Of a stretch of DNA of 64,000 bases, positions 9,901 through 19,900 are shown piece by piece; the stretch's first letter is position 1; every line of letters begins with the position of its first letter. Made by a program: the position numbers and the translations under genes. Source of the stretch: a virus (lineage: Duplodnaviria; Caudoviricetes); IMG/VR virus record IMGVR_UViG_3300013426_000023, positions 1 through 64,000 of that record, one strand, 5' to 3'. Under the pieces are notes generated by a model, which saw nothing but the letters and a program-made list of their open reading frames with translations, was not told where the DNA came from and made no database searches.

Positions 9901-12088
9901 TCCTTGGGAAGCTTATATAGAAGGTGATACTAATCATACAGGTATTGCAGGCGTAAGTATATTTAATTCAAATGAAATAACAAATACTAGATTATATACA
10001 CCTGAAAATTCTGATTTATCAAATCTAAATTATAAAGGTAATATTGATAAGGTAGTAATACCTAATTTTAGTAGTTCAGCAGGTGATAATGGAGACCAAA
10101 AGAAAGATAGAGGTTATCCTATAATATTAGGTAGTAATGCAATTAGAAGTTCATCAAAGGATTATCATACTTTATTCAATACTACATATGCCTTTATATC
10201 AAATGTACTTAGTAATGCTTCAGGAGGATATTTAAAATTAGACTATGATAAAAGAAATAGTCATGGAGTAGACCCAATAAGAATGAAATATAAGTCTACA
10301 ATACACGCTATAATACCTTTTAATTATACTAAAGATAATAGACAAGTAATACTTCCTACAATTCACACAGAAGATTTGTTTGATGAAATAGATGCAGAGA
10401 CTATTGCTAATTACATGGGAAGACATTTAAATAATACACAAAAGTATTTTTGGGAAAGTACAAAACATTGTAATGGTGTATATCAAGATATAATAGATAA
10501 TCTTAATGGTGTAATAAGTAATAAGAGAAATATAAAGCAAGGTGGTTTTACAGGAAGATTATATATTGTTCAAAATAAGATAACTGTAGATAAGGATGTA
10601 AATAATGATATATTCTCGTCTTTTCTATGGTTAGGAGAACTTTATAATGATAATGTAATAAATAAATTTGGTGGTACTACTGATGAAGCATTGGAAAATA
10701 ATGTTTGGACAGTTGCTGGAAAATCTATTGTATTGAGTGATTTAAATGATGATACTTTAGACTATCCATTAGTATGGACTGAAGGTGATACATTTTATCA
10801 AAGATATGATAATATAAAGACGTATCCTTTTACTACTGAAGACCAAAATCAAATAACAGATATAGTGTCTTTTATGTGTGAAACAAGAGTTAATCTTGAT
10901 GGTAGAACAGATAGAAATAGAGGTAATAAAGATAATACTAATATTACTACTGAGAACTTCAATCAAATGAATAAAGTATATAATAATAAAAATAATTATT
11001 TTACTTATAGATTACTTAATACATATGAACTTCAACTTAATACTTTCAATAATTCAATTACATATACTTTAGGTAAGACATCTGGAAGTATTACAGATGC
11101 TTGGACTAATATATTAGGAGCAAATGTACTTGACTTAGATGGAGATAAAGGTAATATAAATAAATTAATAAATGTAAATAATAGTCTATTATGTTTTCAA
11201 GAACATGGTGTAGCACAAATTTTATATAATGAAAGGGCACAGATAAATACTACAGATGGTGTTCCTATTGAACTTGCAAATAGTAATAGAGTTGAAGGTA
11301 AAAGATATTTATCAAGTACTGTTGGTTGTCAAGAGCTTGAAAATGTTATTACTACTCCTATAGGAGTATATTTTGTAGATAATAGTTTACATGGTCTATA
11401 TACAATAAATGAAAATGGATTGTTAAATATTACTGATGAATTAGGATTTCATTCTTATATGATGAACAATAATATTGTAAAATTATTGTATGATACAAAT
11501 AATAGGGAGGTATTACTTAATGATGGAAGTAAAGTATTAGCTTATAATGAGTTCATAAAGAAATTCACTTCATTTTATAATTATCAAGAAGGATTATTTT
11601 TAGCCAATGTAGAGAGTACATTAATATGGGGTACTAAGAGTGATAACTACAAATTGTGGCTACATCAAAAAGGATTATATAATAATATATTTGGAAATAA
11701 TTATCCTTATTATATAACTATAATAGCAAATGATGACCCATTTGTAGATAAAATATTTAATAATCTTGAATATGAAGCTGATACGTATGATAATAATAAT
11801 ATAAAACATTTTGATACATTTGACTATTTAAAAGCTGAAAATGAATATCAAATTGGTGAATGTAAACTTATTGTAAATAAAAAGCAAAAGGAAAACAATG
11901 AATATCAAGGTATTAGACAAACAAATATAAGAAAGAAATTTAGGATATGGAGGATAAATATACCAAGAGCTAACAATAGTATGGATAGAATAAGAAATAC
12001 TTGGTGTAAGATTACATTAGGTAAAATGAATAAAGATAATAATTATAAGATGGTATTACACAATATTGTAATTGATTATTTTGAATAA
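6965..12088 (+). CDS. Muzzle / tail stabilization protein (P22 gp10-like)
   Basis: 1707 aa; GMTRD..AYENMNIR, KIYWTDEVNQPR, EGDTFYQRYD, KKFRIWRINIPR..RIRNTW motifs. Confidence 0.85.
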   Translation: MGMKKSSWQIKGMTRDTAISKFNSEFAYENMNIRISATDDNTSFVITNEKGTLEMQITDNVDRGTYIGNIVLGKYLVILSTITDNNIKKDYITRYTIENNNITDIKYIIGNFNFKIGSKIDSLIFYENENIQKIYWTDEVNQPRLLNISDWYFENYVDKEHKLINTDSSINFVKDVNIDNLKININRTISASGNFPSGTIQYVFTYIMNYGQESNIIYQSPLFYISKQDRGGKEDEKNNVAFNFDISGLDTSYDKLRIYSILRTSENGTPTCKRITDILIKSDAISKSQSLEFIEGENLNTTELHKASYSNFSFEYYDDNTGITHKFDNLSSLPSDLDEYKVQKENENEDYDVYSLPLTGSTDAYISMKLNNINISTNPLVDDFDERKILINTNAALEGSALYLKFSKENNNNYIEWRLSKSTDRTSDESFDYNNDKDILMKARVEYYKLKDNNITTFVDTGTIGDNIDSTELLYVGGESVIARTLQQKDNVLFLGNYKVETPIIYNKYKKGDFDSFYENIKSNRNSLISFSYSDELKSYFKDKYHIDNTLTTLQVSDLYPYKNTLDKNSNEIKHFKYLETYRFGIQFQYKNGKWTDPIWVGDAKNNLRPIIDSSNNNKDLNEGETIKFAYAVLNLRKILKSNYLQMFKDKGFIAIRPVIVYPELKDRNCICQGILCPTVYNVEDRVNNTAFVQSSWFIRPMLPYSLYNIDHMNVNSSIFVDDNNNKYSYKAINQINNSPMADVDMSRFGVWTEFRHNYPIPNSSLTNAEIQCQFCFPTDKSATNVITSLDTNPDNFANDYKELFFIDNSIITMHSPDLEFDDSLQHFDTSNIKLRIVGAVPLTAFYGHLDLQTSTNQLQFKSETGDEEQKRVGGLSYGKYDENQYVFNDKYESMFGGRKKMAGIYWIDDAYGYEDNVRNYEDSTKDSAEFGFVVYPWHRNGSLNNQRTANSNGYRSAMLKKKKLSNINYSYNTYYLDSPWEAYIEGDTNHTGIAGVSIFNSNEITNTRLYTPENSDLSNLNYKGNIDKVVIPNFSSSAGDNGDQKKDRGYPIILGSNAIRSSSKDYHTLFNTTYAFISNVLSNASGGYLKLDYDKRNSHGVDPIRMKYKSTIHAIIPFNYTKDNRQVILPTIHTEDLFDEIDAETIANYMGRHLNNTQKYFWESTKHCNGVYQDIIDNLNGVISNKRNIKQGGFTGRLYIVQNKITVDKDVNNDIFSSFLWLGELYNDNVINKFGGTTDEALENNVWTVAGKSIVLSDLNDDTLDYPLVWTEGDTFYQRYDNIKTYPFTTEDQNQITDIVSFMCETRVNLDGRTDRNRGNKDNTNITTENFNQMNKVYNNKNNYFTYRLLNTYELQLNTFNNSITYTLGKTSGSITDAWTNILGANVLDLDGDKGNINKLINVNNSLLCFQEHGVAQILYNERAQINTTDGVPIELANSNRVEGKRYLSSTVGCQELENVITTPIGVYFVDNSLHGLYTINENGLLNITDELGFHSYMMNNNIVKLLYDTNNREVLLNDGSKVLAYNEFIKKFTSFYNYQEGLFLANVESTLIWGTKSDNYKLWLHQKGLYNNIFGNNYPYYITIIANDDPFVDKIFNNLEYEADTYDNNNIKHFDTFDYLKAENEYQIGECKLIVNKKQKENNEYQGIRQTNIRKKFRIWRINIPRANNSMDRIRNTWCKITLGKMNKDNNYKMVLHNIVIDYFE

Positions 12089-12092
12089 ACAT

Positions 12093-12130
12093 AAAGGAGG
12101 TAAGTCAAATACTTATCTCCTTTTATTTTT
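12093..12130 (+). terminator. Rho-independent terminator
   Basis: AAAGGAGGTAAGT-CAAAT-ACTTATCTCCTTTT plus T-run. Confidence 0.85.
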
Positions 12131-12165
12131 AAAGATAATCTGATATATATTAATAAAATTTTATG

Positions 12166-12175
12166 TATCTTTGCA
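12166..12175 (+). promoter_or_regulatory. Bacteroidota -7 promoter element for cargo genes
   Basis: TATCTTTGCA just after a terminator and upstream of ATG 12192; -33 box not clear. Confidence 0.6.
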
Positions 12176-12191
12176 AATAAAATTATTAACT

Positions 12192-15100
12192 ATGAAAAGA
12201 AAAAAGAATAAATTATATAATGTAAGTCATAGTAGAATACTTGCCAATGGTGGCTTTGGTGAAGGTCTTGATTGGAATATGCTTAATAATAATTTAAGTA
12301 ACATGATGGGTAATCAAGGTAATCAAAACTCTGGTTCATTTGGACAAAAAGAATTATCTACAATAACTAATGCTATTGCAGGAATGAATGCTGCAAGTAG
12401 TGCTCATTCTGGTAATAATCCTAGTATTCTTACCATGTATAATGATAACAATCAAAGTGGTGGTTGGGGAAGTGAAAAAGGTAAATATGGAATGATAGGA
12501 CAATCAGTTGATGCTACAGGTCAGATGTTGATGACTATTGATAATTTACTTACCAAAAAAAGACCTCCATTAGAAAAAACAATAGGTTTATATGCTAATG
12601 GTGGTAATTTATTTGCATTAGGTGGTAATGAGATAGGAAACTTAGCTACTACAACTATGCAATTAGCTGGTAATGCAATACAAAATGCACAGATAGCTGA
12701 TACTTCTGGTATAAAAGAACAAATATCAAAGACAGGTAATAACATAGTACAAGGTAATAACTATGATGATTTAATGTCTGAATGGAATAAAAGACAAGAA
12801 CTAAATCATATTACTGCAAGAGACCTTAGAAATAAGTCCTTATTTGGTGACTTTGCAAACAGTCTTAGTGCAAGTGGTAAAGGTTTTGCAGCAGGAAGTT
12901 CATTTGGACCATGGGGTGCTGTTGCAGGTGGAGTAATAGGAGGAGTATCATCAGTAGTAGGTTCATTATTTGGTAGGTCAAAAGCTAAGAAAGAAGCTAA
13001 TAGGATTAATCAAATGGTAGATGCAGCAAATGTAAATAACTTAGCTTCATTTACTAATGCTTTTGATAATGCTACTACTGATATGAATGCAAATGTAATG
13101 AGAAATTTTTCAGCTTATGGAGGACCTATAAATATAGCTCCAAATAAGAAAGGTACTTTTACTGCACAAGCTACTAAGATGGGAATGGGAGTACAAGAAG
13201 CTGCAAGACATATATTAGCTAATAAAGATAATTATTCAACTGCTATGATAAGAAAAGCAAACTTTGCAAGAAATGCTGCCAATTGGAATGCTTTTGGTGG
13301 AGAACTAAGCACACATGGTGGAGATTTTAATCAATTAGGAAATTTCACTTTTATTAATAATGGAGGTACTCATGAACAGAATCCTTATCAAGGTGTTCCT
13401 ATGGGTACAGACCAAAATGGTACTCCTAATTTAGTTGAACAAGGAGAAACTATATTTAATGATTATGTATTCAGTAATAGACTAAAAGTACCAGAGGCTT
13501 TAATAAAAAAATATAATTTAAAGAAAAATAGTACTTATGCTGATGCAAGTAAGCAATTAGCAAAAGAATCTGAAAATAGACCTAATGATAAAATATCTAA
13601 TGATACATTAGGTATATTTATGAATGAATTACAAAACTCACAAGAGGAACTAAAAGCTAAGAGAGAAAGAGCTAAACAACTTAGACAATTTAATAAGTTA
13701 AGTCCTGATGAAAAACTTGGACTTATGCAAATGGCACAAGCTAATGCTGCTCCTATAGGAGAAGATAATATGCAGCCACAACAAGAAGTATCTCAAGAAA
13801 TACCTCAAGATATGCAAGGTTATGCTTTAGGTGGTAATTTATTTGATGATGGTGGAGATGTTATTATAAATCAATCAAATAAAGAAGATGTAATAAATGG
13901 TTTGTTAGCATTAAAAAATAGAAATCAAAATAATAGTCCTAATCCTTTTAATACTTATTATAATGTAGCACAAACTTATACTCCTATTCAAAATTATGAT
14001 TTTGATAATATGTGGGATAAAGCTAAAATTAGTAAATTTAATAATAGTAATCTTTCAGAAAACCTTCCATACGATACTAAAAATTTGATTAACTTTAGTA
14101 AAAATAATATTTCAGTACATAATTTATCTGATTTTGAGAACTCAAAACATTATAAAGATTTTACAGCTTATGCTAAAACTCTTCCTGAAACACATATTTA
14201 TTGGAAGACTTTAGCAGAAAAAACAGGAAAAGATGTTAAATGGTTAAGAAAAAATTATGACAGTCTTAGAACTGATGGAAAATTTGGTTTTGTGCATTTA
14301 ACTCCTATATTAAAAGAAACAACACCAATATCAACAGGAAAAGCATATAGTTATGATACATTGCCTAGAGATATAGCACCAGCACCTTTAAACTTTATAG
14401 AAGATAATATAGAAGATAATACTAAAACTAAAAAAACAGGAGAAAAAGATGATAAAAATTCTAATAAAAATTCTTGGGAAACATGGCTTAGATATGCACC
14501 AGTACTTGGTAGTGCAATAGGTCTTGCAAGTAACATATTCAGTAGACCTGATGAAAGTAGTGCAAATGCTATATTAAATGCTGCAAAGGAAGCAGGTAGA
14601 TATACACCTGTATCATTTAATCCTATAAGTAATTATTTACAATATAATCCATTTGATAGAGACTATTATATTAATAAATTAAATGCACAAGCTGGAGCAA
14701 CAAGAAGAAATATTATTAATCAAAGTAATGCTAATAGAAGTCAAGCTATAGCAGGACTGTTAGCTGCTGATTATAATGCACAAACTCAATTAGGTGACTT
14801 AGCAAGAAAAGCTGAAGAATATAACTTGGCACAAAGACAACAAGTTGAGACATTTAATAGAGGAACTAATCAATTTAATAGTGAAGGTATATTTAAGGCA
14901 GATACTGCTAATCAAGTTGCACAATTACAAGCAAGAAGTTATATGCTTAATGGTACTTTACAAGCTGAAAGACTAAGACAAGCTGCAAAAGCACAATTAG
15001 CTGCTGAAAGAAGTGCAAACTTAACTAATTTATTTAATAGTCTTGGTAATATTGGTAGAGAAGCTTATACTAGAAATTTACTTAATTCATCTAGAGCATA

Positions 15101-15194
15101 TACTGATACATTAAATGGAATTGGTAATTTTGAGTATAAGAAAGATAGAAAACAGAAATATGGTGGTAAGTTAAATAGAAAGAGAGGTAAATAA
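12192..15194 (+). CDS. Cargo/ejection protein 1 (Gly-zipper membrane segment, repeated xxGG motifs)
   Basis: GPWGAVAGGVIGG zipper; GGTHEQNPYQGVPMG..PNLVEQGE..YVFSNRL; follows muzzle; ATG 12192 preferred to TTG 12171. Confidence 0.75.
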   Translation: MKRKKNKLYNVSHSRILANGGFGEGLDWNMLNNNLSNMMGNQGNQNSGSFGQKELSTITNAIAGMNAASSAHSGNNPSILTMYNDNNQSGGWGSEKGKYGMIGQSVDATGQMLMTIDNLLTKKRPPLEKTIGLYANGGNLFALGGNEIGNLATTTMQLAGNAIQNAQIADTSGIKEQISKTGNNIVQGNNYDDLMSEWNKRQELNHITARDLRNKSLFGDFANSLSASGKGFAAGSSFGPWGAVAGGVIGGVSSVVGSLFGRSKAKKEANRINQMVDAANVNNLASFTNAFDNATTDMNANVMRNFSAYGGPINIAPNKKGTFTAQATKMGMGVQEAARHILANKDNYSTAMIRKANFARNAANWNAFGGELSTHGGDFNQLGNFTFINNGGTHEQNPYQGVPMGTDQNGTPNLVEQGETIFNDYVFSNRLKVPEALIKKYNLKKNSTYADASKQLAKESENRPNDKISNDTLGIFMNELQNSQEELKAKRERAKQLRQFNKLSPDEKLGLMQMAQANAAPIGEDNMQPQQEVSQEIPQDMQGYALGGNLFDDGGDVIINQSNKEDVINGLLALKNRNQNNSPNPFNTYYNVAQTYTPIQNYDFDNMWDKAKISKFNNSNLSENLPYDTKNLINFSKNNISVHNLSDFENSKHYKDFTAYAKTLPETHIYWKTLAEKTGKDVKWLRKNYDSLRTDGKFGFVHLTPILKETTPISTGKAYSYDTLPRDIAPAPLNFIEDNIEDNTKTKKTGEKDDKNSNKNSWETWLRYAPVLGSAIGLASNIFSRPDESSANAILNAAKEAGRYTPVSFNPISNYLQYNPFDRDYYINKLNAQAGATRRNIINQSNANRSQAIAGLLAADYNAQTQLGDLARKAEEYNLAQRQQVETFNRGTNQFNSEGIFKADTANQVAQLQARSYMLNGTLQAERLRQAAKAQLAAERSANLTNLFNSLGNIGREAYTRNLLNSSRAYTDTLNGIGNFEYKKDRKQKYGGKLNRKRGK

Positions 15195-15195
15195 T

Positions 15196-16983
15196 ATGGC
15201 AAATTGGAGTTTTACTGTTAATTCACAGTTCCGTCCATTTGAACTAAGTGAATTAATGCCTTTATATCAAGCTAATGCACAAGCTCAATATAATGCTGAG
15301 GAAGCTATGAGTCAATTACAACAACAAGCTGCTGTATGGGAAAGACTTAAGAATAGTGCTGTAGATGCTGATTCCTATGCACAATATAAAGCTTATAAAG
15401 ATGATATTGACAATCAAATGGCTGACTTAATGAACAATGGATTAAATGGTAGTAATAGAAGAAATCTAATGAGACTTAGGGCACAGTATCAAGGTACTTT
15501 CAAGCCTATGGAAGAAGCATATAATAGAAGACAAATGTTGTCAGATACCTTATGGAAACTCAAGGCACAAGATAATGACCTTATTGTTGAAACAGACCCA
15601 AGTCAAATGAGTTTAAATCAGATAATGAATAATCCTTCTTGGTCTCCAAGAGTATATAGTGGTAAGATGATTACTGCAAGAGTAGCACAACAAATGCAAA
15701 CTGTAGCTAATAGAATATCAGAACTAAAGAAGATAGGAAAACTTGACAAGTATTATGATGAAATACAAAAGAGTTATGGCTTATCCCCACAAGATGTTGA
15801 TGATTTCTTAAATGGTAAAGTAACAAACAGTTTTATAAAGACTGTTATAGATAATACATTAAATAGTACTGGTATCAACACTTGGACTAACAAAAAAGCA
15901 AAAGATATGGCATATGGATATGCAGCACAAGGTATATATAGTGGTATAGGAAAATCAGATATAGCATTACAGAGAGACCTTGATGTAATGACACCTATGG
16001 AACAAGCACAATATCAAGGTCAATTACTCAATAATAAGACTGCTGAATTAAATAACCAGATTGCAGAATTACAATTACAACAATCTATAAATCCTCAAGG
16101 TGATTATCCATCATTACTACATGATGAAGGAGAATTATCTGCTGGAACTCAATCTTATAAAGAATATAATGATTTGAAAAAAGAATTATATGTAAATAAT
16201 GGTAAAGGCGGATTATCACAAACCTATGCTACTTCTAGAAATCATAAGAATGCCTATATAAATCCTATGTTGGTATATGAGGAATATGCTAAGATAGCAA
16301 ATGAAAGTGGTTGGGGAGTTTCTACTGGTACTACTTCCTATGGACAAGTAAAAACTTACGGTAGTTCTACTAACTTAGATGCTTATAATAAAATTAAGAA
16401 GAAATTTGGAGTTGATAAGATACTTACAAAAGAACAATATGAAAGACTGAAAGAAATGGGTTATACTTCAAAATCTAGCAGAAAGGATTTTTATAGAGGT
16501 AATTTTGAAAATAAACTTAATAGTCTTGCTACTTTATATAGACCAACTTCTACTTCAATGGCTAAATATGATTTTGCAGATGATAGAATTTTAAATAATT
16601 TGAATGCAAATGCTGATAATTTAGGTACTAGAGTATATGAATATAAGAGAGGAAAAGCTGGTAGTGCTATTACTGATATAGATGATATATTAAGTAAAGA
16701 TAAAAATGGTGTTATAACAACTAAAATAAAGAACATATCTTATTCTGTGCAACAACCTGATAAGTTGTTGATAACATTAAATGATAAAAGTAAAAAGTTC
16801 TTTATAAACCCTTATGAGTTTAGTTCAGAAGCAGGTAAATTGTTAGAACAAACACAAGAAGAACTTAAAAAAGCAAAAACAAATAAAGAAAAGTCTGAAT
16901 TGCAAGATTATGTTACAGACGCACTTAGACAAATCTTTATGAATTACAAAAAAGTAAGAACAGAAACAGACGCTAATATTTAA
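15196..16983 (+). CDS. Cargo/ejection protein
   Basis: MANWSFTVNSQFRPF start, helical Gln-rich N-half; synteny. Confidence 0.6.
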   Translation: MANWSFTVNSQFRPFELSELMPLYQANAQAQYNAEEAMSQLQQQAAVWERLKNSAVDADSYAQYKAYKDDIDNQMADLMNNGLNGSNRRNLMRLRAQYQGTFKPMEEAYNRRQMLSDTLWKLKAQDNDLIVETDPSQMSLNQIMNNPSWSPRVYSGKMITARVAQQMQTVANRISELKKIGKLDKYYDEIQKSYGLSPQDVDDFLNGKVTNSFIKTVIDNTLNSTGINTWTNKKAKDMAYGYAAQGIYSGIGKSDIALQRDLDVMTPMEQAQYQGQLLNNKTAELNNQIAELQLQQSINPQGDYPSLLHDEGELSAGTQSYKEYNDLKKELYVNNGKGGLSQTYATSRNHKNAYINPMLVYEEYAKIANESGWGVSTGTTSYGQVKTYGSSTNLDAYNKIKKKFGVDKILTKEQYERLKEMGYTSKSSRKDFYRGNFENKLNSLATLYRPTSTSMAKYDFADDRILNNLNANADNLGTRVYEYKRGKAGSAITDIDDILSKDKNGVITTKIKNISYSVQQPDKLLITLNDKSKKFFINPYEFSSEAGKLLEQTQEELKKAKTNKEKSELQDYVTDALRQIFMNYKKVRTETDANI

Positions 16984-16987
16984 AATT

Positions 16988-19900
16988 ATGCCAAAGATTA
17001 ATTTAAAAGGTTTGAAAGGTTTGAAAGGTTTAAATCAGCAACCTATTCCACAGGATGCTGATTTATTAACCAAGTTAAAAATAGCTAGACGTAATGGTAG
17101 TACTCCAGAGAGTATTATCAATATGTTTAGTGCTCCTGCTGTAAGTAATATAGGACAACAAATAGCAGATATTAATTATGGACAGAGTACTTATGATACT
17201 AATGCAACAGAATCACAACTATCTGATTTAAATGAAAAAAGAGCCATTGACCAACCTTGGTTAGCTCAATTTGCAGCAGGAGTTGGTAAGATGGTTACTA
17301 CTGGTGTTACAGCTTTTGTTGATGGTACAGCAGGTCTTTTATTAGGTACTGGTGAAGGTCTTTATGGTGCATTTACAGGTAAAAAAGCTTTAGATAATTG
17401 GTCTAAACTATTTCATAATGAGATTAGTGATGGAATGAATGAACTTAATAAGTATTTTGAGAAAGTAATGCCTAATTATTATACTAACGAAGAACTTTAT
17501 AATAGAGAAAATGGAAAATGGTATAATAATTTAGATACTATGAACTTCTGGGCAGATGGTCTCATAAAGAATATGGGCTTTACTGTTGCTGCATTATATA
17601 CAGGTCAAGTGTGGAACATGGCATTAAGAGGTGCTGGTTTATTAAAGAATGCTAGCACTCTTGGTGCAAGAATAACTGGTTCATTACTTAGTGCTGTAAA
17701 TGAAGGTAGAGTGGAAGCAAATCAACAATCAACTGATATGCTAAATTTAAGAACCGCACAGATTGAAGATGCAAATAATAAGAGATTATCAGAACTTAAC
17801 GCCTATTACAAACAAAAATATAATGAAATTATAAATTCTGATATGAGTTCTAATCAAAAGAATGCAAATCTTGCTATGTTAAATAGTGATATAGCTAAAA
17901 GGAAGGCAGACCTTGAAAAAATACATAGAAGCTTATTACAACAAGCTAAGGATAATGCTAATATGGCAGGAATAATGGATTTAGCGTTAAATATTCCATT
18001 GTTGGCTTATAATGATTTTAAGACTTTTGGTAGAATGTATGCAAGTAGTTTTAGTGCAGCTAGACAATCAGCTACAAAAACAGGTGTTAGAGGTTTTTTA
18101 AGACAACTTAATAAAGGTGCTAATGAAGCTCTTGCTAAAGAAGAATCAGAATTAAGAAATAGAATCACTGGTACTATTGGTAAATATAGATGGAGAGATT
18201 TTACCAAGAAAGAAGCATTAAAAAATGCAGGAAAAATAGGTCTTAGAGAAGGTAATGAGGAAATGTCACAACAATTTGCTGCAAATTGGAGTGGTGAATA
18301 TTTTTCTCCTGATTCTCCAGATGCTTATTATAAAGCTATGAGAAATAATAAGTCAAACGTAGATACTCAAAATTTAATGGAATCCATGATAAAAGGATTT
18401 GCTTCATCTTATGGAGATAAATCACAATGGGAACAATTTGCCATAGGTGCTTTAAATGGTATGATTGGTGTACCTACATTTGGTAAGGGAGCTAATTCTA
18501 CAGCTAATACTTGGTTAGGTAGAGGAAAAGTTATAGGTATTAGTGGTGGGGCTTTAGGAGAATATAAAACTGGAAATGAAATTAATACACAAGGTAAACC
18601 TATAGTAGATAGAATGAATAAACTATCAGCTGATATAAGAGATAAGAAAAAACTTATAGCACAAAGTCAATCTTTTATTAATGCTCTCAATGGTTATCAA
18701 GAAGCTAATAATAAATTTGAATATCATAATAATGAAGATAATGATGTTTTTAATTTATTTACTTCTTATTTACTTGCTGGTAAAGAAGATGATTTGAAAA
18801 GTATTATTAGTCAAGAATTTGAAAATTTTACTGATAAACAACTTGATGACATTAAGAATATAGCTGGATTTACAAATGAAGATTGGCTTGATTCTGATGG
18901 TAATTTAACAGAAGATGGTAAGGAACAAATGAAAGAAAAATTGATTAAACGTAGAGATGATATGCTTAATCAATTTGACAAGTATAAACAAGCCTTGGCT
19001 ACTGTAAGAAATTCATCAGACATCCCAAAAGAACATCAAGATGAAATGGCTTGGCTATTATGGAAAACAAAACGTTTTTGGGACAGAATAGATGATACTA
19101 CTAAGACAGCAAATAAAAGATATGCTCTTAATGATGTAATTATAGGTATAGAACAATATACAAATAGTCTTAGAAATGAACAAGCTGCATTAAAAGGAGA
19201 TGAAATAAGAGAAGAAACTTATACCGATGAAAATGGCAAAGAAAAAACTAGAAAAATAAATATATTAGAGGAAAATAAAGAATTAGTTGAGACATGGGAT
19301 TCAATATATTCTCTCCTTAAAGGAGTAATGGAAGGAAATCCAAATAAAATTGCAATTCTTGGAAATAGTAAAAATAAAGAATTATTTGATAAATTTCTTA
19401 CTGATGATTTTTATAAAACTTTTGCTGAACATAGTAATGTAGGTTATAGTAATTATAAGGAATCTTTAGAAACTCTCAGAGATATTGGTAAAATGTCAGC
19501 TGCTGCAAAACAATTTGATGAAAGACTTAAAGAATATATAAAAAATCCAAATAAAATAAATGAAAACCATATAAAAACTGACAAAGAAGAAGAAAAGAAA
19601 GAAGAAGATAAAAATAGAGTAACAACGATTGACCATATTAATAATAGTGATGTATCACAAGTTAGAACAGAATTAGATGAAAATGGAGATTTTAGTGCAT
19701 TTGACCAAATATTGGATGTTGATGAATCTGAACAAGGAAAACAAGCTAAACAAAAAGTAGAAGCTGCAAAAAAAATAAATAATGATTATAATAACACATT
19801 ACAAGCATTAAATAAGCAATTACAAGAAGGAAAAATATCACAAGATAAATATGATATAGCTAAATCAATGCTTGATAATAGTTTAAATTTGGCAAACTCT

